Shown here: piece after piece, positions 63,542 through 64,000 of the stretch
Position numbering within the stretch: the stretch's first letter is position 1
Layout of the letters: every line of letters starts with the position of its first letter
From: an uncultured Acidobacteriota bacterium
GTDB lineage: Bacteria; Acidobacteriota; Terriglobia; UBA7540
DNA: 64,000 nt
NCBI GenBank assembly: GCA_963804995.1
Contig: CAWDSK010000006.1
Span: forward strand, 288,001-352,000
Direction of reading: 5' to 3'
Translations under genes and position numbers: made by a program
Notes under the pieces: generated by a model
Told to the model about the DNA's origin: nothing
Databases searched by the model: none
Seen by the model: only the letters and a program-made list of their open reading frames with translations

Positions 63542-64000
63542 TTACGTCTGTTGCACCTGCTTGATGTCATAAGTTGCCTGGCCGGCCAGGGTAACCGAGC
63601 CGCTCTTGGTATCCTGAGTGTAATACTGGTACTGGATCTTTTCGTACGCGATGCTGAGGCTCGCGTGAGGGACTCCCGTCGCTCCCCCATCTGTATTGAA
63701 ACTGGTAATAAAACAATTGGTCAGCGTGATGACGAGATAGTTATAGGGCGTACCGCCGCCTCCCGTCTTGCGGCCAGTAAACGTGCACGTAGCGACATGC
63801 GCCCCCGTCACCAGGTCCTTTATGATCGCGAAGCTGCCCTCTTCCAGAGCGAAACTGACCGTCAGGTCCGATAGAGAAGGTTTTCCGGCGGCGAGACCTT
63901 TGCCGCCGAGACTGGCAGGATTCGCCGCACCCCAGCTCCAACTTTCGAGCTCGATGTTGTTGGTCATGCCTTGCGCTTGCGATTCACCCTTGACACCTGT
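63542..64000 (-). CDS. hcp: T6SS tube protein Hcp (TssD), 5' end outside window
   Basis: GVKGES, IELESWSWG, YLVITL, SIAYEKI. Confidence 0.93.
   Translation of the reverse strand, partial: TGVKGESQAQGMTNNIELESWSWGAANPASLGGKGLAAGKPSLSDLTVSFALEEGSFAIIKDLVTGAHVATCTFTGRKTGGGGTPYNYLVITLTNCFITSFNTDGGATGVPHASLSIAYEKIQYQYYTQDTKSGSVTLAGQATYDIKQVQQT

Noticed and set aside
1..64000. CRISPR array, tRNA or rRNA
   Set aside because: No regularly spaced repeat-spacer array or RNA gene signature was seen by eye.

Overview
GC-rich bacterial window; gene content suggests Acidobacteria (inference only). Bases 1-5.6 kb hold a Tat-exported amidohydrolase, an HGSNAT/NagX-like acyltransferase, IS remnants and a GntR regulator. 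Bases 5.6-20.7 kb are a nest of mobile DNA: a head-to-tail dimer of a 1956-bp group II intron inserted 2 nt inside an IS481-like terminal repeat, IS630/IS1380/IS481-like pieces, and an AbiEi/AbiEii toxin-antitoxin pair. A 3.4-kb large-serine-recombinase element also sits here, inserted at a TT dinucleotide in a transposase gene. Its DUF5372-like gene has no start codon when integrated but gains an RBS and in-frame ATG from the opposite end when the element is circularised in silico. Bases 20.8-64 kb are a dispersed type VI secretion locus: PP2C, two tssK, tssL, tssM, a TssB-TssC-like fusion, a Ser/Thr kinase, a CsgG-like protein, PAAR, vgrG, tssH/G/F/E/A, tagJ and hcp. It also carries an unusual proline-rich PGEFTxxF-repeat membrane protein, a candidate effector, IS1634 and accessory genes. 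Many single-base frameshifts look like consensus errors. All family calls come from motif recognition by eye; no searches were run.
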